Assembly (NCBI GenBank): GCA_051294375.1
Contig: CM119264.1
Location: forward strand, 29,455,182 to 29,519,181
Source: Paraspadella gotoi
Taxonomy: Eukaryota > Animalia > Chaetognatha
DNA: 64,000 nt
Direction: 5' to 3'
Shown here: positions 41,476 to 54,816 of the stretch, one piece after another
Numbering within the stretch: position 1 is the stretch's first letter
How the letters are laid out: each line of letters begins with the position of its first letter
Made by a program: the position numbers and the translations under genes
The notes under the pieces: model-generated
The model's input: the letters and a program-made list of their open reading frames with translations, nothing else
The model's database searches: none
Told to the model about the DNA's origin: nothing

Positions 41476-42903
41476 AAATTAAATAAAAAATCGTTTGTAA
41501 TACAAACTCTAAACTTGTTTCACTAAGAGAATTATTCATATTATTGTTAAATTATATCAGACATGATAATTTTTATCATATTTGGGCAAAAAATGGCCCT
41601 TAACAAGCAGTGAAAAAGATTGATTGTTTATAAAATAAACCAGGCTCGAGTTAATTACTGCATAATTTAATAATTTATTGCTTTCACTTTAACAAAATAT
41701 TATTTTTTTTTTTATTTTTGGACTTGTTTGATACTTGATTCTGATAATACATCCAAAAGTAAATTAAAATGATTATTTTGTTTATAAAAAGGTTACCCAA
41801 AACATAATTTTTATTGATATTTTAAAATTAAAAATAATATTTTGTAACTCTACAATATCAATGTATTTTTAATATTGCTCTTTTTTGACATATGAATTAA
41901 GATTATACCTGAATCTATCCTAATAGAGGATAATGCCATAAAATTTAACATAAGACTGAGAAAGGAAGGATTTTTAATAGTATTAGTTAAACTTAAAAAG
42001 TAATAAAAAAAATAAAAATTAATATAAATAAAAAGTATAGATATAAAAATCATAAAAAAATAACATTTTTTTTGGACAATGTATATTTTTACATAGAACC
42101 CTGTATTTTTTATCATACATAAATGAGACATAGCTCATACGAATCACAAAAAGCCAAATTTTTTATATCTAGATTTTCTTTTTCGATTCATTTCATTAAA
42201 ATGCCGAAAAAATACTGGAAAGTAACCCGACACTTTTCTTTCCATCATGGTATTTTTTTTTTACCTGACTTTTTTCTTCTAGATCTCCGATGGTAGAATT
42301 TAGCCCATTTTTTTTTGCCTGATAATAAATTCAAAAACAATTTTTTTATAAAATTTTTATAGAACATGAAAATGTTTAACTTATTTGTATTAAGTGATTT
42401 AGTTGAGGAGAAAAAAGAACAAACTTAATCTTTTTATTTTGATTAGGATGAACGTAGTTGGTTAATACAAATGTGATATTGTTTAAAAAAGAATTTCTAT
42501 ATAAATTAAAGATTTTAGTTATACTTTTTTTAAATTTGTGCGTCTAATTTTTTTTTATATTAATCCAAAATCAGAAAAAAAGATGTACGTTAAAAATGTC
42601 TCCATTTGTTCCGATTTCTGTTCTCTTAAAAATTTTGACTTTGACATTAGTACAGGTTTTAAAAAAAATATCGCTTACCTTGAATTACCACAGCGATTTG
42701 ATCGATTAAGCAAGGTCAGAAACATTAATAGAATTATTTCATTTCTCCTCATTTGCATTAAATCTAATTTAATGTTTTTAGTTGATTTTGCTTATCAGCA
42801 ATCCGACTCTAACAATTCACTTTGACGGTCCGTCGTCTGCCCTCTCAATCTTGTCGGGCATTTTCTTATATCATGTCAGAACAAGAATTATGATAAATTA
42901 TGC

Positions 42904-43119
42904 CATATTGTGGTATTCCTTTCGTTTCGTTGTGTTTTAGTATTTGGCGTAAACAAAGTTTAGATTTGTACTACAACGATTTTATTTAATATAAACAGAC
43001 ATGTTTCGACTCTTGTTCGATCTTCATCAGTGTTTTGAAGACTCGAACAAGAGTCGAAACATGTCTGTTATATTAAATAAAATCGTTGTAGTACAAATCT
43101 AAACTTTGTTTTCGCCAGC
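42904..43119. mobile_element. Penelope-like retroelement pLTR fragment in inverted (fold-back) arrangement with a 10-bp flanking direct repeat
   Basis: ~80-bp inverted arms 42945-43026 and 43036-43117. TAAATTATGC at 42894-42903 and 43120-43129. Contains a hammerhead motif. The homologous site at ~20628-20638 is empty. Confidence 0.65.
42993..43035 (-). ncRNA. Minimal type I hammerhead ribozyme
   Basis: Minus strand reads AAACA CTGATGA A GATC GAACAA GAGTC GAAA CATG TC TGTTT. Stem I AAACA/TGTTT is a perfect 5 bp. The opposite arm gives stem II as perfect GACTC/GAGTC. Stem III is the palindrome ACATGT, the cleavage triplet is GUC, and AATAAA follows. Confidence 0.75.
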
Positions 43120-43438
43120 TAAATTATGCAAAAAAAATAAACGATGCCGTCCGTCTGTCCGTCCCACCTTAGCAAAAAAACTTCTATTGCTCGTGATTGG
43201 ATGGATGGATTGGAATGAAATTTTTTGTGTGGGCATGAAAGTGTGATTAAGCTGGAAAAACAAAAAATTGTTTCACTAATTGATTATGCTTTTTTTTCTT
43301 CTATATTAAATGTAAATGTAAGATGTATTAGTTAATAATTAATCAGTTAATCAATCAGTCAATTAATTAATAAATAATTGATCAACTATTCAATCATCTA
43401 TTTAGTTACCTATTAATTAATTATAAAACAATTTATAA

Positions 43439-43618
43439 TTAAATTATTTTTTAGTTTATATAGTTTGTATTAATTAATTAATTACCGCTAATGATCGTGG
43501 CAGATCCGACATCGTTTGCTCAAACTTGTTCACTATCGAACAATGTCGGATCTGTCCACGATCATTAGCGGTAATTAATTAATATTACAGACTATATAAA
43601 CTAAAATAATAATTTAAT
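43439..43618. repeat. ~80-bp-arm inverted repeat of the HINE 3' end
   Basis: ttaccgctaatgatcgtggcagatccgacat ... atgtcggatctgtccacgatcattagcggtaa, with AT-rich arms extending outward. Confidence 0.8.
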
Positions 43619-44212
43619 AAATTAATTAATTTGATCTGAAATGTTTGTTTTAAGGTCTTTTCATCACTGCCACAACAAAAGCCAACAACGACGATGATGG
43701 TGACGATGAACATATAACGATTGACTTGATGATGATTATAATAATTAATTAATAGATATGTTTTGATCTTGACGCCGACTAGAACTAAATATTTCGACCA
43801 GTTTCCGAAAGGTTAGCATAAAATAATGTAATGCATCAAAAGGGCCGAAACAAATAAAAACCGGAATAAAAACGGATGGTGGACTAAAACACACCACCCT
43901 TCATCAGCGCCATTGTGCCGGAGGCACCAAGGTCTGGGGTTCTAGCCGGTGGTCGCCTAGCAGTTAAGAGGACGGGGGGCTTTAACCTTAAGGACCGCGG
44001 TCCGTCCTCCTCCTAAAACGCCCCCGAGAATATTCGAAGAATATTTGAGGAAACTCCTCAACCCCGGCGAGATCTTCGTCGTCCAGAGATTCTTCAAAGG
44101 CATGATTGGTGGCTTGAGCAGATCGACGATCAAATAGTCTCTTTTATTTCTCTGAGTTTATGAAGAGTTTATAAGGGTACTAATGTTGGCAGCAAGACTT
44201 AAAGCTGCCTTC

Positions 44213-45515
44213 ACTCTGTCCGTCCTCGCCTCGTCTCAATGGCTGAGCAGGCTATCTCATTCCATCCGTGCGTCCCGGTTCAATCCTGGGATCCCGGTTC
44301 TGGTTAAATGTGACGGTGCCGGTATAAACATTGCCAGTGACAGGAGGCGGTCACTGAGGGTCCGCAGCCTACGCAGTTAGTGAGATACCCCGCGCCCCGG
44401 GTATCACGGCTATCCTCCCGTTGCCATAAGTGGTGAGCCCTACTATCGAACACGCAACCTTCTCGGGTACGCTACCGACAAACGCCTATGCCCTGCGCTT
44501 CGGTCCGTACAACAAACGCCTATGCCCTGGGGTACGCTACGACACAACGCCTATGCCCCCACAACTCGCGCTCTTCTCTCTCCACTATGGTAACAGTCTG
44601 TCAGACACCTCTCAGGCTTGAGAACCTGAAGTGAATGTCTTGACCCGGGGATCCTGTGGCGGTATATTCACACCGTCTCACGTCACCATCCTTCAGCCAA
44701 ATCCATTGCTCAGAGGGGAACACACAATCCCAGGCGTAGTGTTCCATCCACAGTCCTAACGACTTCCCTCTGCGTTGGCAAAGAGAGACCGTCCTAGGGT
44801 AACCGCGCCAGTGACTGGAGGCGTACTGAGGTCGGAAGCCCCCAAAGCCAACAGTGAGATTCCCCATCCCATGCGGCATCACAGCGCAATAGCCTGCGCT
44901 TCCCTCCTCAATAAATGTGGCTGAGCCTTTAGTACTCCAAGCACATACTGCAAATTCCTTGCTGCGCAACCACACGATCAAGGCCGCGGAAAAAGACCAG
45001 CTTACGGCGCTCTAGTGCCGTATGCCAATACACTCACCGCCTATGCCCTACATTTTCATCTGGTTAAAGCAGCAGTCCTGCACCAGACTGTCTCACTCGC
45101 CCCGCATCTCCGCGGGCATCTAACTAATTGGCAGATGATTGAATCACAACCTTCTCTCAGACAGTCTCATACAGGATTCGAGGCCCCTGTGGACGAAGGT
45201 CTAGGATGGGGGATCCTGTGGGGCAGAAAGAACTATAGTAAGCTTGCCTCACTAGGCTGTCCGTACCTCAGACCGTCGTGCTCAATGGCTGAGCAAAGGC
45301 TTAAATCATTCTCATATCCATCCGTCGCTACTCTGCGCCGGGTTCAATCCTGGCGGTATAGGTTCGGGTTCCTGGCTTATATGTTTGACGGTTTGCCTGG
45401 TATAATTATTGCAGTGAATCAGGATGCGCTGGTCCACTGCAGGTGTCGCAGCCCTCTTCACACACGCTTAGTGATTGAGATAGGGACACGACCCAGCGCC
45501 CGCGGGTAATACAAG
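44213..45515 (+). repeat. GC-rich ~450-570 bp head-to-tail repeat (about 2.5 noisy units) with a tRNA-SINE-like head
   Basis: ctcaatggctgagca...ggttcaatcctgg at 44235-44290 and 45281-45353; gccagtgac.ggaggcg...ctgagg at 44333 and 44807; ggggatcctgtgg at 44647 and 45210. Internal ~32-bp repeat (acgcctatgccc) at 44464-44560. Confidence 0.55.
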
Positions 45516-45530
45516 GTTATTATTCGGTGG

Positions 45531-47170
45531 AACAGTCGGGTGAGGAAATCGGATTTGTGAAATCCTCGAAACCCGAAATTCCCCGTCGGTTAAATCAGGC
45601 TGTGAAGATAGAAGAGAGAGAGAGAGAAGCGATCGACGAAGAAACGAAAGCTGAAAAAAAAAATCCGGTAAGCGATAATTTAGAGAAGAAAAGGTTTAAA
45701 TGAAATAAATAATAAAACGAATTTAATGAATGAATAAAAAAGGATTAAACAATTTTTCTCCAATTTTCTGTGTTGCGTTAAAAAGAAAAAATCCTATTGG
45801 TTGGTTGTCGGCCGATGTGGATAGAAGGTGGAAAGCCTACCGTCGGAATAGAGATGATGCAAAGATCATGATCGTTACCAGCTAAATTCATGCTAACGAC
45901 ATAAATTGGAACCAAGTCAGATCAATCTAACGGTCAATTAGTAATAGTGCGCGGCTTGCGATAAAGAAAAAAAAAGAGATAAAAATTTAAAAAAATTCGC
46001 AGTCGACTTATGCCTTTATTCCGACAGGAGAGATTAACTTTGCTGGAGAGACAGAAGAAGAGAGAGAGAGAAGGGGAGAGAGAGAGAGAGAAGAGAGAAG
46101 AGGAGAGAGAGAGGAGCGAGAGAGAAGGGAAGCGTGGATGGTTTTTCCGTCCAAAATAATAAAGTTGAGAGTTTGGCCTTTTATTCTCATCTCAATTTTT
46201 GCGAACAGTAAAAACCAGCGATCGTTCGGGATTTTTCGCTTGTCGTCGTTTTTACATTTTTGACATCGTCAACTTCAACATCAACTTCAAAATCAATAAT
46301 AAACATCATCTCATAGATCAGTGATATATCCGAGGACACAAACGTCAACTCGCTTTTGAAGACAGAACAACAATTGAAACAAAAGTAGACGTACCAACAA
46401 GAATCAAGAAGCAAAACAAGAACAGTAACTTCGCAGTTAGTGTCCCCTTCGCTCTGCCGCCTCGAGTTGGACGGGACGAGAGTGGACTCTCCTGCGGCTG
46501 CGATGCAACACTTCGTCGGACGTGGACTCTGTGCTGTTTTCTAGAGGATCCTTGCAAAAACGTGAGCAAAATCCAAGTGTGAGTGATATGTGATAATATT
46601 TGTTAAAACTGACTGTGAAAACTGTGAAAACGGCAAACTGTTAAACATATGCAGACTATGCAGACTATGTACTGTGCACTATTCAGAATTTGAAATGTTG
46701 AGTGCAGAACGCGACACAACTCTGTAAGATACATTAGTTCGTTAGTATTTTTCGATTCGATTAGTTTATCTCTATAAGACAGTTTGGTGTCGGTCAGTCT
46801 TTCTGTCTGCGTGTCTGCTTCTCCGTCTGTCTGTCAAACTTGACATTTCCATTTCTTGTTCGCTTTCAGACTTAGTTCAACATCTTTTCGGAGTTCAGTC
46901 AATAAATGTTGTTTTGGTTAGATCAATTGAATCTTTAATAATTAAATCAATTCCAGAGAGTCGTTTTTCACAACTGATTGTTCACAAACAACTCGTCGAT
47001 TGTATTATCACGTGACTTGTGAATCAAGTTTTCTCGTCAATCGCGTTAGTGATTGTGAACACTAGAAAAAAAACTATTTTCTCATTCGTTTTCCCTGAGA
47101 AAAAAATATTTTTTCGGTTGAACCAGATGATTTGCTCTGAGAGAGAGAGAGGAGAGAGAGAGAAGAGAAG

Positions 47171-47236
<66 letters not shown>

Positions 47237-48955
47237 TCAAAGAAAAACTGCAATCTTTTGGTTGATCACGATGAAGAATCTCGCTTAGTAAACACTCCAC
47301 GTGTCAAAATCAACTCCAAAAAAACTTTTTTTCTTTTCAGAGTAAAAATTTCAAAACAAATTTTTTTTCAATTTCTTAAAATTTAAAGAAAAGTTGTTTT
47401 CTCTCACCAGTTTAAAAAAAATTTCAATAGGCCTCATCAAGTTTTATTGCTTTCACGATTGTGAGTAGAGTTGATAGTTTTCGTTGTAGATTTAGTGAAT
47501 ATGGGCCTAACCGTATCGTTTGTGAAAATTAAAGACAAATATGTTACGTATATAACAGTGATTATACAAGCTAAACGCCTGTTATGCTGGTATTAACATC
47601 TAATTTGGCGAGCCTTTTAAAAAGGTCATTTAAAATTCCGGAAGAGAGCGGTAGTATATCCTAACGGCGAAGAATTTAAATTAATTCTTTTGAAAACAAA
47701 TTCAATTTCGTTTTAAACCTGCTGAGGGAAGAGCTTCAAAATCTTAGGCCCCGGGCTTATCTTATTATCAATAAATTCCGAAATCGTTTCTTAGTTACCA
47801 GGGTTCGTACCCTGTCCTTTTCAAACAGAATTAAGCCCGAGGTTAACCTTGTTCAAACTCAGAAACCACAAGAAAAGTTTAAATTGTATGAAAATAGGAA
47901 GGGATAGGAAAGGGACGTGGATCTTTGTCGAGCAGGTAAAACTTGAGTAAGAAGGGCTATGAGATGAGAGAGAGAGAGAGAAAGAGAGAGAGAGGAAGAG
48001 GAGAGGAGAGGAGAGAGAGGAGGAGAGGAGAGAGAGAGGAAGGAGAAAGAGGAGAGAGAGAGAGAGAGAATGAGGGATAGTGAATTATTCCGTATCAACG
48101 AACTCGGTCGATCCTAGGTTAGGCTTAAACAAAAAAACTCCATTATTTCTCGAAAGATTATTTTTTATTCTCGTCAGAAAAATGGGTAGGGTTTAGAAAA
48201 ATCTGTCAAATAAAGAATAGAACAAAAAAATAAGAGAAGGAAAATTTTAATTCGAAAATTTTGATATAAAAAAAAAGAAAAAAATACTTTGATGAAATTG
48301 AAAGAGAAGAATGAGAAAATCGTTGAAGAGTGAAGCTCGCGAAATTTTCGACATGAAAAATGCGGAGATGATGACGTAAAAAACGATGGAAAATTTGTTT
48401 CTGTCGTCGTCGTCGTCGTCGCTGTCGTCGTCTCCGCGTTTTGTTTCGTCGCTTTTGTCTCTTGATTCGTTGACTGAATCAGACTCTGAATATGAATCTG
48501 ATTCAGATCTGAATTCGATGTTGAGACTAAATGTGAATTTGAATCTGAATCTGATTCAGATCTGAAATTCAATGATAAGATCTGAATCAGTTGGGGGTGA
48601 AGTTAGATTTCGTGTCTGTCCAGGTAGTTTAAACATTATAGTAAGAATATAATGGGAGGGCATGTTAGTGTTGTCTTCTGGAAATAGAGGGAGCATACAA
48701 CAGGTTAATTACGTTATGCTCTAGTTGATTGATTGATTGATTGATTGATTGTTTGATTTATTGTTTGATTGATTGATTTATTGATTGCTTGATTGATTGA
48801 TTGCTTGATGTTTGATTGATTGTTGATTGATTGATTCTTTCTTTTTAACTTTCAGATGGAAAAGAAGGTTTGGTGGACGGAATCCAACGAGATTGATTGA
48901 TTAATTGTTTGATGATTGTTTGATTGATTAATTGCTTGCTTGATTGATTAATTGC

Positions 48956-48989
<34 letters not shown>

Positions 48990-50813
48990 TGATTGATTGA
49001 TTGTTTGATTGATTTATTGATTCTTTCTTTTTAACCTTCAGATGGAAAATGAAGGGTTGGGTGGATGGGATCCAACGAGTGTTTGTGGCGTCGGAGAAGA
49101 AACGACTGTGCACGAGGTCGTATGGCCTTGGCTCACTCTCTGGGGAGAACGGGTGAGTCGTTTGCTTGCTTGCTTGCTTGCTTTCTTGCTTGCTTGTTAG
49201 CTAAAGGGAAAGGAATTTATGGCTTGGCTCACTCTCTGGGTAGAAAGGGTGAGTCGTTTGCTTGCTTACTTGCTTGCTTGCTCGGGAAAGGAAGGGAAGT
49301 CATGCCTATCCTATCTATCTCCATCTTGTATCCTATCATCTCTATCCTTATCTCTCTATCCTATCTCCTATCCGATCTCAAATCTTATCTCCTATCCTAT
49401 TCCTATCCTATCTCCTATCCTATCTCTATCCTATCCTTTCTCTCTATCCTATCTCTTATCCTATCTCCTATCCTATCTTCTATCCTATCGCCTCCGCTAA
49501 CCAAACTCTTCTCCTTCCATTCCAGCGATTCACCCTCGTCGAGAAGCGCCACCAAGGCGAGCGCCCTCTCGAGCCGCGGGAACGCCCCCTCAAGCGCCAC
49601 CCGGACGCCACTTCCGCCCACGACGCCGTCCACTACATTCTCCGCTCGGCGTCGCTCGGAAGCCGGATCCGACGATTCTCTCGTCATCGGCGGCGTCAAA
49701 CACGTGGCGTCTCCGGCGTCAGATCCGGTTCTGGATTCACTTCCGGTTCCACATCCGGATTCACTTCCGGGTCGGTCAGTTCGGTTCTTTGCAAGACTCT
49801 TTGTCGCCGCCGGTGTCGCCGACGCTGCCGACGATGGACGCCGGCAGGGATCGGATCGTCGGCGCCGGATCTGAGATGCGTCGTCGCGTTGATGCCGGGA
49901 ACGACGACGACCGACGACGACGACGACGACGATGCCTTATAGGTCGATGCTCAACGGAGGACCCAAGGTCAAGCTGGAGCGATTGCCGGAAGGTGAGATG
50001 GGATGGGATGGGACTTGATGGGAATTTATTGAATGGATGGGAATTGAGGTATTATGGGAAAATGTGGAAATATACGAATAGGAATGGATGGGAATGGATC
50101 GGAAAAAATTTGAATTGATGGGAATAGATGGGAATTGATGGAAAAAGTTAGAATTCTTAATAGATTAGAATTTATAGGAATGCATTGGAATTGATAGGAA
50201 TTGATGGGAAGTGATGGGAATAGATGGGAATTGAATTGGAATAGATTGGAATTAATGGGAATAGATGGGAATTGATAAGAGCAGATATCATTTTATTTTG
50301 GAGTAGTTGGGAATCCGTTGGGAATGTCAGATGGAAGAGACGACGCATTCATGTTATATGTAGAAGCGGAAAAGATAAGTTAATTAAAACGATGGTAAAG
50401 ATTAAAATGATGAAAATCTCCCTTAATTCATAGAGACACTCGAAAAACATTTGAAAGAATCTCGATTTACACTCTGACATTGCCTAATAATTTGGTTAAA
50501 ATCTTTTTAACTTACACTTTATATAATAAATTATCATTTACTAAGAGAGAATCAGTTTTAGGTTTGTGAAATTTAAATATTGGTATACGGTTTTTTAATA
50601 TGACACTCAAGTCTTTTTTGTACGGTGACAGATGCTCGGAAGACTTCAGTCACGTTTTTTTTTAAATCTGACGACGACGGACGACGATAACGACGAAGAT
50701 TATGACGACGACGATAACGACGACGACAACTCGCGATCGAATCACATAACTTTTTTGTTTACCTCTTGAGGTAATGAGTTTACGGTTGGAGATTCCCGCG
50801 TCTCTCGTTTGAG

Positions 50814-50894
<81 letters not shown>

Positions 50895-52627
50895 AGAGAG
50901 TCGTGGAACTTTGAACCGAAGCGAAAAGTCGAGAGAGAAATGTCGCGGGATGGACGAACCGAGATATATATATCCTTATTTTAAACAGAAGACGATGTTA
51001 ATGACAAGGATATGTAATCGATGAGACGTTATTTTAACAGAAGACGATGATGACGACGAGGATGATGATGATGAAGACGAAGATAACGACGACGACGAAG
51101 ATAACGACGACGACGACGATACGAAGATGATGACCGAAATAAATACACTGGCCGTTTGACCTTATTTTTAAAAAAATATCATTTCTAAATTGGTTAAACT
51201 TTATTAAATTATATTTTTTTATTTTTACTACTATATCATAAAAACTATTGAAAATTAACGGGCCGCCTCAGAGCAGAGGGAATATTAGCAAAACTAAATT
51301 TAGCAGATTGATTGGATTAATTTTTTTAGAATTAAGGATTATCATTGAAACTAACAAATTTTTAATGAAAATTTTGGGTCAGTATTAACTATGACTGGTC
51401 AGAAAAGCTCACCTAGGAGCTAAAATTAGAACATCTAAAAAATTAAAATTTCAAAAATAACTAAAATATCATAAACAACAATAATGTAAGGTTACAACGA
51501 CAACAACAAAAGACGTCCATAAATAAATCGACGACGACAACGACGAAGACAAAAAAAGATAAAAACGAAGTCTGGAAGTTTTAAAAATTCGTGAGACAAA
51601 AGACGTTTCTGTTTCCTTATTTGTTTTCTTCTCTGTTTCTTTCTCTGTTTTCTATCATCGCAAATCTTAGCGAATGAGAAACGAAGTGAAAATGAGAAAA
51701 GATAAAAGAAAAACCGAAAAAGTCAAATCTTTCTCATAAACCAGAGATAAATTGGGCTGTTTAAACAGTCGTTATAATGATTCTATGTTATAATGATTCT
51801 ATGTTATATATTTTTTTTTTTGAGAATCTTAAACCAAGATAAATGACGTTAAATTCAAGGCAACGAAAGAGGCCGATATGAATGAATGAATGAATGAATG
51901 AACGAATGAATAAATGAAAGAATGAATTAATGAATGAATGAATGAATGAACGAATGAATCAACGAACGAGCCTTTGCTTTCCTCCCAATTTCCGACAATG
52001 TCTTTCTTCTGAGAATCGACCTTTCTCTCCCGAACTCTGAAACGTAACAGAGTCTCTCTTTCCGCCGATCACCGGGAAAAAAAAATCTGAGGATGAGCTC
52101 CTTGCCAGACGCGGGAGAGAGATAGAGAGAGAGAGAGAGGGAGAGTCTTTTCAGTAAGAGAGAGAAAGATAGGGAGTCTTTGCAGGAAGAGAGATAGGAA
52201 GATTTTTGCACAGAGAGAGAGAGAGAGAGAGAGTACCTGAACAGTCGCGGGAGAGTCTTTGCAGAAAGAGAGAGAGCGAGAGAGAGAGAGAGAGAAGGCC
52301 TTTTGTTTTTCATTCCCTTCATCTCCGGTGGTCGTCGTCGTCGTCGTCGTCGTTAATCGAAGTTCACCAGAAAGTTGGCGAACTCCTCGACCGGGTTACG
52401 ATGAGGAGGAGGAGGAGGGGGAAGAGGAGGAAGGTTGTTTATCTCCGGCGAATCACCGGATCGCCGGTTGGAATTCGGTGGCAGAGGGAATCGATCCTGG
52501 GACCTCATTGGCGACGGGTGTTGATTCAGTGGTTGGCCAGGCCGTTTCCGAAGAAGAGAGATGAAGTTGGGCTTGAATGGGTTTTTTAAGTTAAGAGATC
52601 GTGATATGGAATGGAATAATTATTAAG

Positions 52628-52688
<61 letters not shown>

Positions 52689-52703
52689 TTCACCTAATCT
52701 AGA

Positions 52704-52757
<54 letters not shown>

Positions 52758-52790
52758 AGAGGGAGGAGAGAGTCATTCACCTAATCTAGA

Positions 52791-52870
<80 letters not shown>

Positions 52871-54816
52871 AGTCATTCACCTCATCTTCTCCCCCTTTTC
52901 CTTCAGGCGTTCAACTCCATCACACTGGTCGTCAATCCAAGCTGTTCCACCGAAACTCTAATCTTTCCTTCCACTGACCAAGACACCGCCTCAATCATCG
53001 ACTGTGATACTAAACCCTCTCGCCAACCGCCTCGTCAACCCAGAGGTCATGAACAGCCTCGATCTTCCAGACCGCGCCCCCAAGTGCCTCGTCGATCCTC
53101 GTCCAACGATTCCAAGACACCGAAACGGCCTCCCGACTACGAAGACGCCCTCAAGGCTCTTCACTCGACGTCCGATAAAACCGGACACCCTTTCACCGAC
53201 AAAACGAGTCTCCCTCTGCCCGACGTGCTTCAGCCGACTTCTCGACCCACCTCGACGATCAACTCGACGCCACAAAGCGTCAAATCTTCGCTGGAGAGTC
53301 TTAACGCGAGAAATCGACGTCCGCCTCCGCCGCTGCCGCAACATCATCCTCGTAATCCTCCGCCGCTTCAGCAACAGCAGCCTCGGCCGCCGTCGCAGAC
53401 TTCTCTCCCGCCTCCATCCGCTCAACATCTCCACCCACCACCTTCGTCGCAACCTCCTTCCAAGCACCCTCTTCCTCCACCTCCTTATCGAGATCCTTTG
53501 CCGCAAACGAAAGGACAAACTCTGAAGCATCTTCCTCCAGCAACGACCTCTTCCAAACTGCCTCCACCGCCCGTGCCAGTACATTCCTCCAAACATCAGC
53601 CTCCACTCGCCATGACGGTCTCATCGAGGCATCCGCCTCCTCAAATTCCGACGACCTCTTCCAAACATCCTCCACCACCCTTGCCGCCGCCTTCGGCCAA
53701 ACATCCTCGTCAACCGCCTCCTTACGACGCCGCTCTCGCCGCCAACAAAACTTCCAAATCTTCTTCCCCGAACCGCCCTCGTCCTCCGCCGCCGCCACTT
53801 CCGGCCACGCCCACCAACGCCGTCCACAAGACGGCGCCGCCTCCTTACATCGTCGCCGTCTCCAACAAGAACATCAACAACGACAAAAACGGCGCCGAGG
53901 AGAAAGCGACGCCGGTCGACGACGCGGCGCCGGGCGAAGGACGAAGAGCGCCGCCTCCTCGTCCTTCGACGAAGGCGAAGTCGCGCGACGATCGCCCTTC
54001 GTCGTCGGCGTCGTCCGTCTTCACCAACGACGCCGGAAATGACGCCGATAAAGTTGATGGCGCCGGAATCGACGATCCCCAGGTATTTATTTATTTATTT
54101 TTTTAAGTTTTTTTAAATTTTTTTAAAATTTTTTTATTTTTTATTTATTTATTTATTTTTTTTTTTAAATGAGCACTAATATCGACTACTACACCGTGAG
54201 TCATTTTGTGGTCTGTCTGTCTTTGCGTCTTTCTGTAATTTTGACTCCATGTCCATCTGTCAGTGTTTCGGTATATCTATTACTCTGTCTCACTTATTTT
54301 AAAATCCTCCTTCAAAAGTTTTAAAATATTTTTTTTGTACTTTGGAGCAGGTGATGTAATCAAAAACACCTTATTTTACTATTTTTGTCAAATTTTAATT
54401 GACATCGGAACCTTTTTTAAAAGAACATCCGGCAACAGGATTAAACCGGCTGGTTAACGGTTGAAATACTGTATTTTTAAAAAAATTCTATTCTCACGCG
54501 TAACTCGTTTCTCGACCGACAGGCGGCGCTGAAGCGAAACAAGTTTCTCCAATTGGCGGATCTGCAACAGAAGAAGATTGAACTGCAAGAAGAGAAAATC
54601 GCCAAAGTCGTTGAGGAGATAGAAAGGATGGAGAAGGAAGAGAAGAAAAGAAATGAGGAGGAGGAGATGAGGAGAAAGGAGGAAGAGGAGAAGAAGAAAA
54701 AGTTATTGGAGGTGAGAAAGAAGTTTTGATTTCATAGAAACTGGAGATTTTGTAATATAATTTTGAACAGACTGTGACTCGAATGGTTTTATGGTCGGTC
54801 TGTTATGCTGTTCGCA
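45531..54816 (+). repeat. Second copy of the 9.3-kb RASSF 5' block, continuous with the rest of the gene
   Basis: Colinear with 30452-39752; noisier at its left end. Confidence 0.9.

Larger units (their letters stand above)
42775..43530 (+). mobile_element. Non-autonomous Helentron/Helitron2 (HINE-like) element interrupted by a Penelope-like fragment
   Basis: 5' tttttagttgattttgc...gcaatccgact hairpin, GTCY microsatellite at 43149-43164, 3' subterminal gcagatccgac and terminal cttgtt. Homologous to 20483-23843. Confidence 0.5.

Noticed and set aside
43867-43910. CTGATGA plus an 8-bp stem on the minus strand as a fourth hammerhead
   Set aside because: The stem is followed by GTTTTT, not GAAA, and there is no stem III or cleavage triplet.
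44225-44300. tRNA gene
   Set aside because: A/B-box-like motifs are present, but I cannot fold a convincing cloverleaf.
49042-53100. RASSF copy 2 as a frameshifted pseudogene
   Set aside because: The indels are single-base, differ between the two copies and largely complement each other, as expected from consensus errors.
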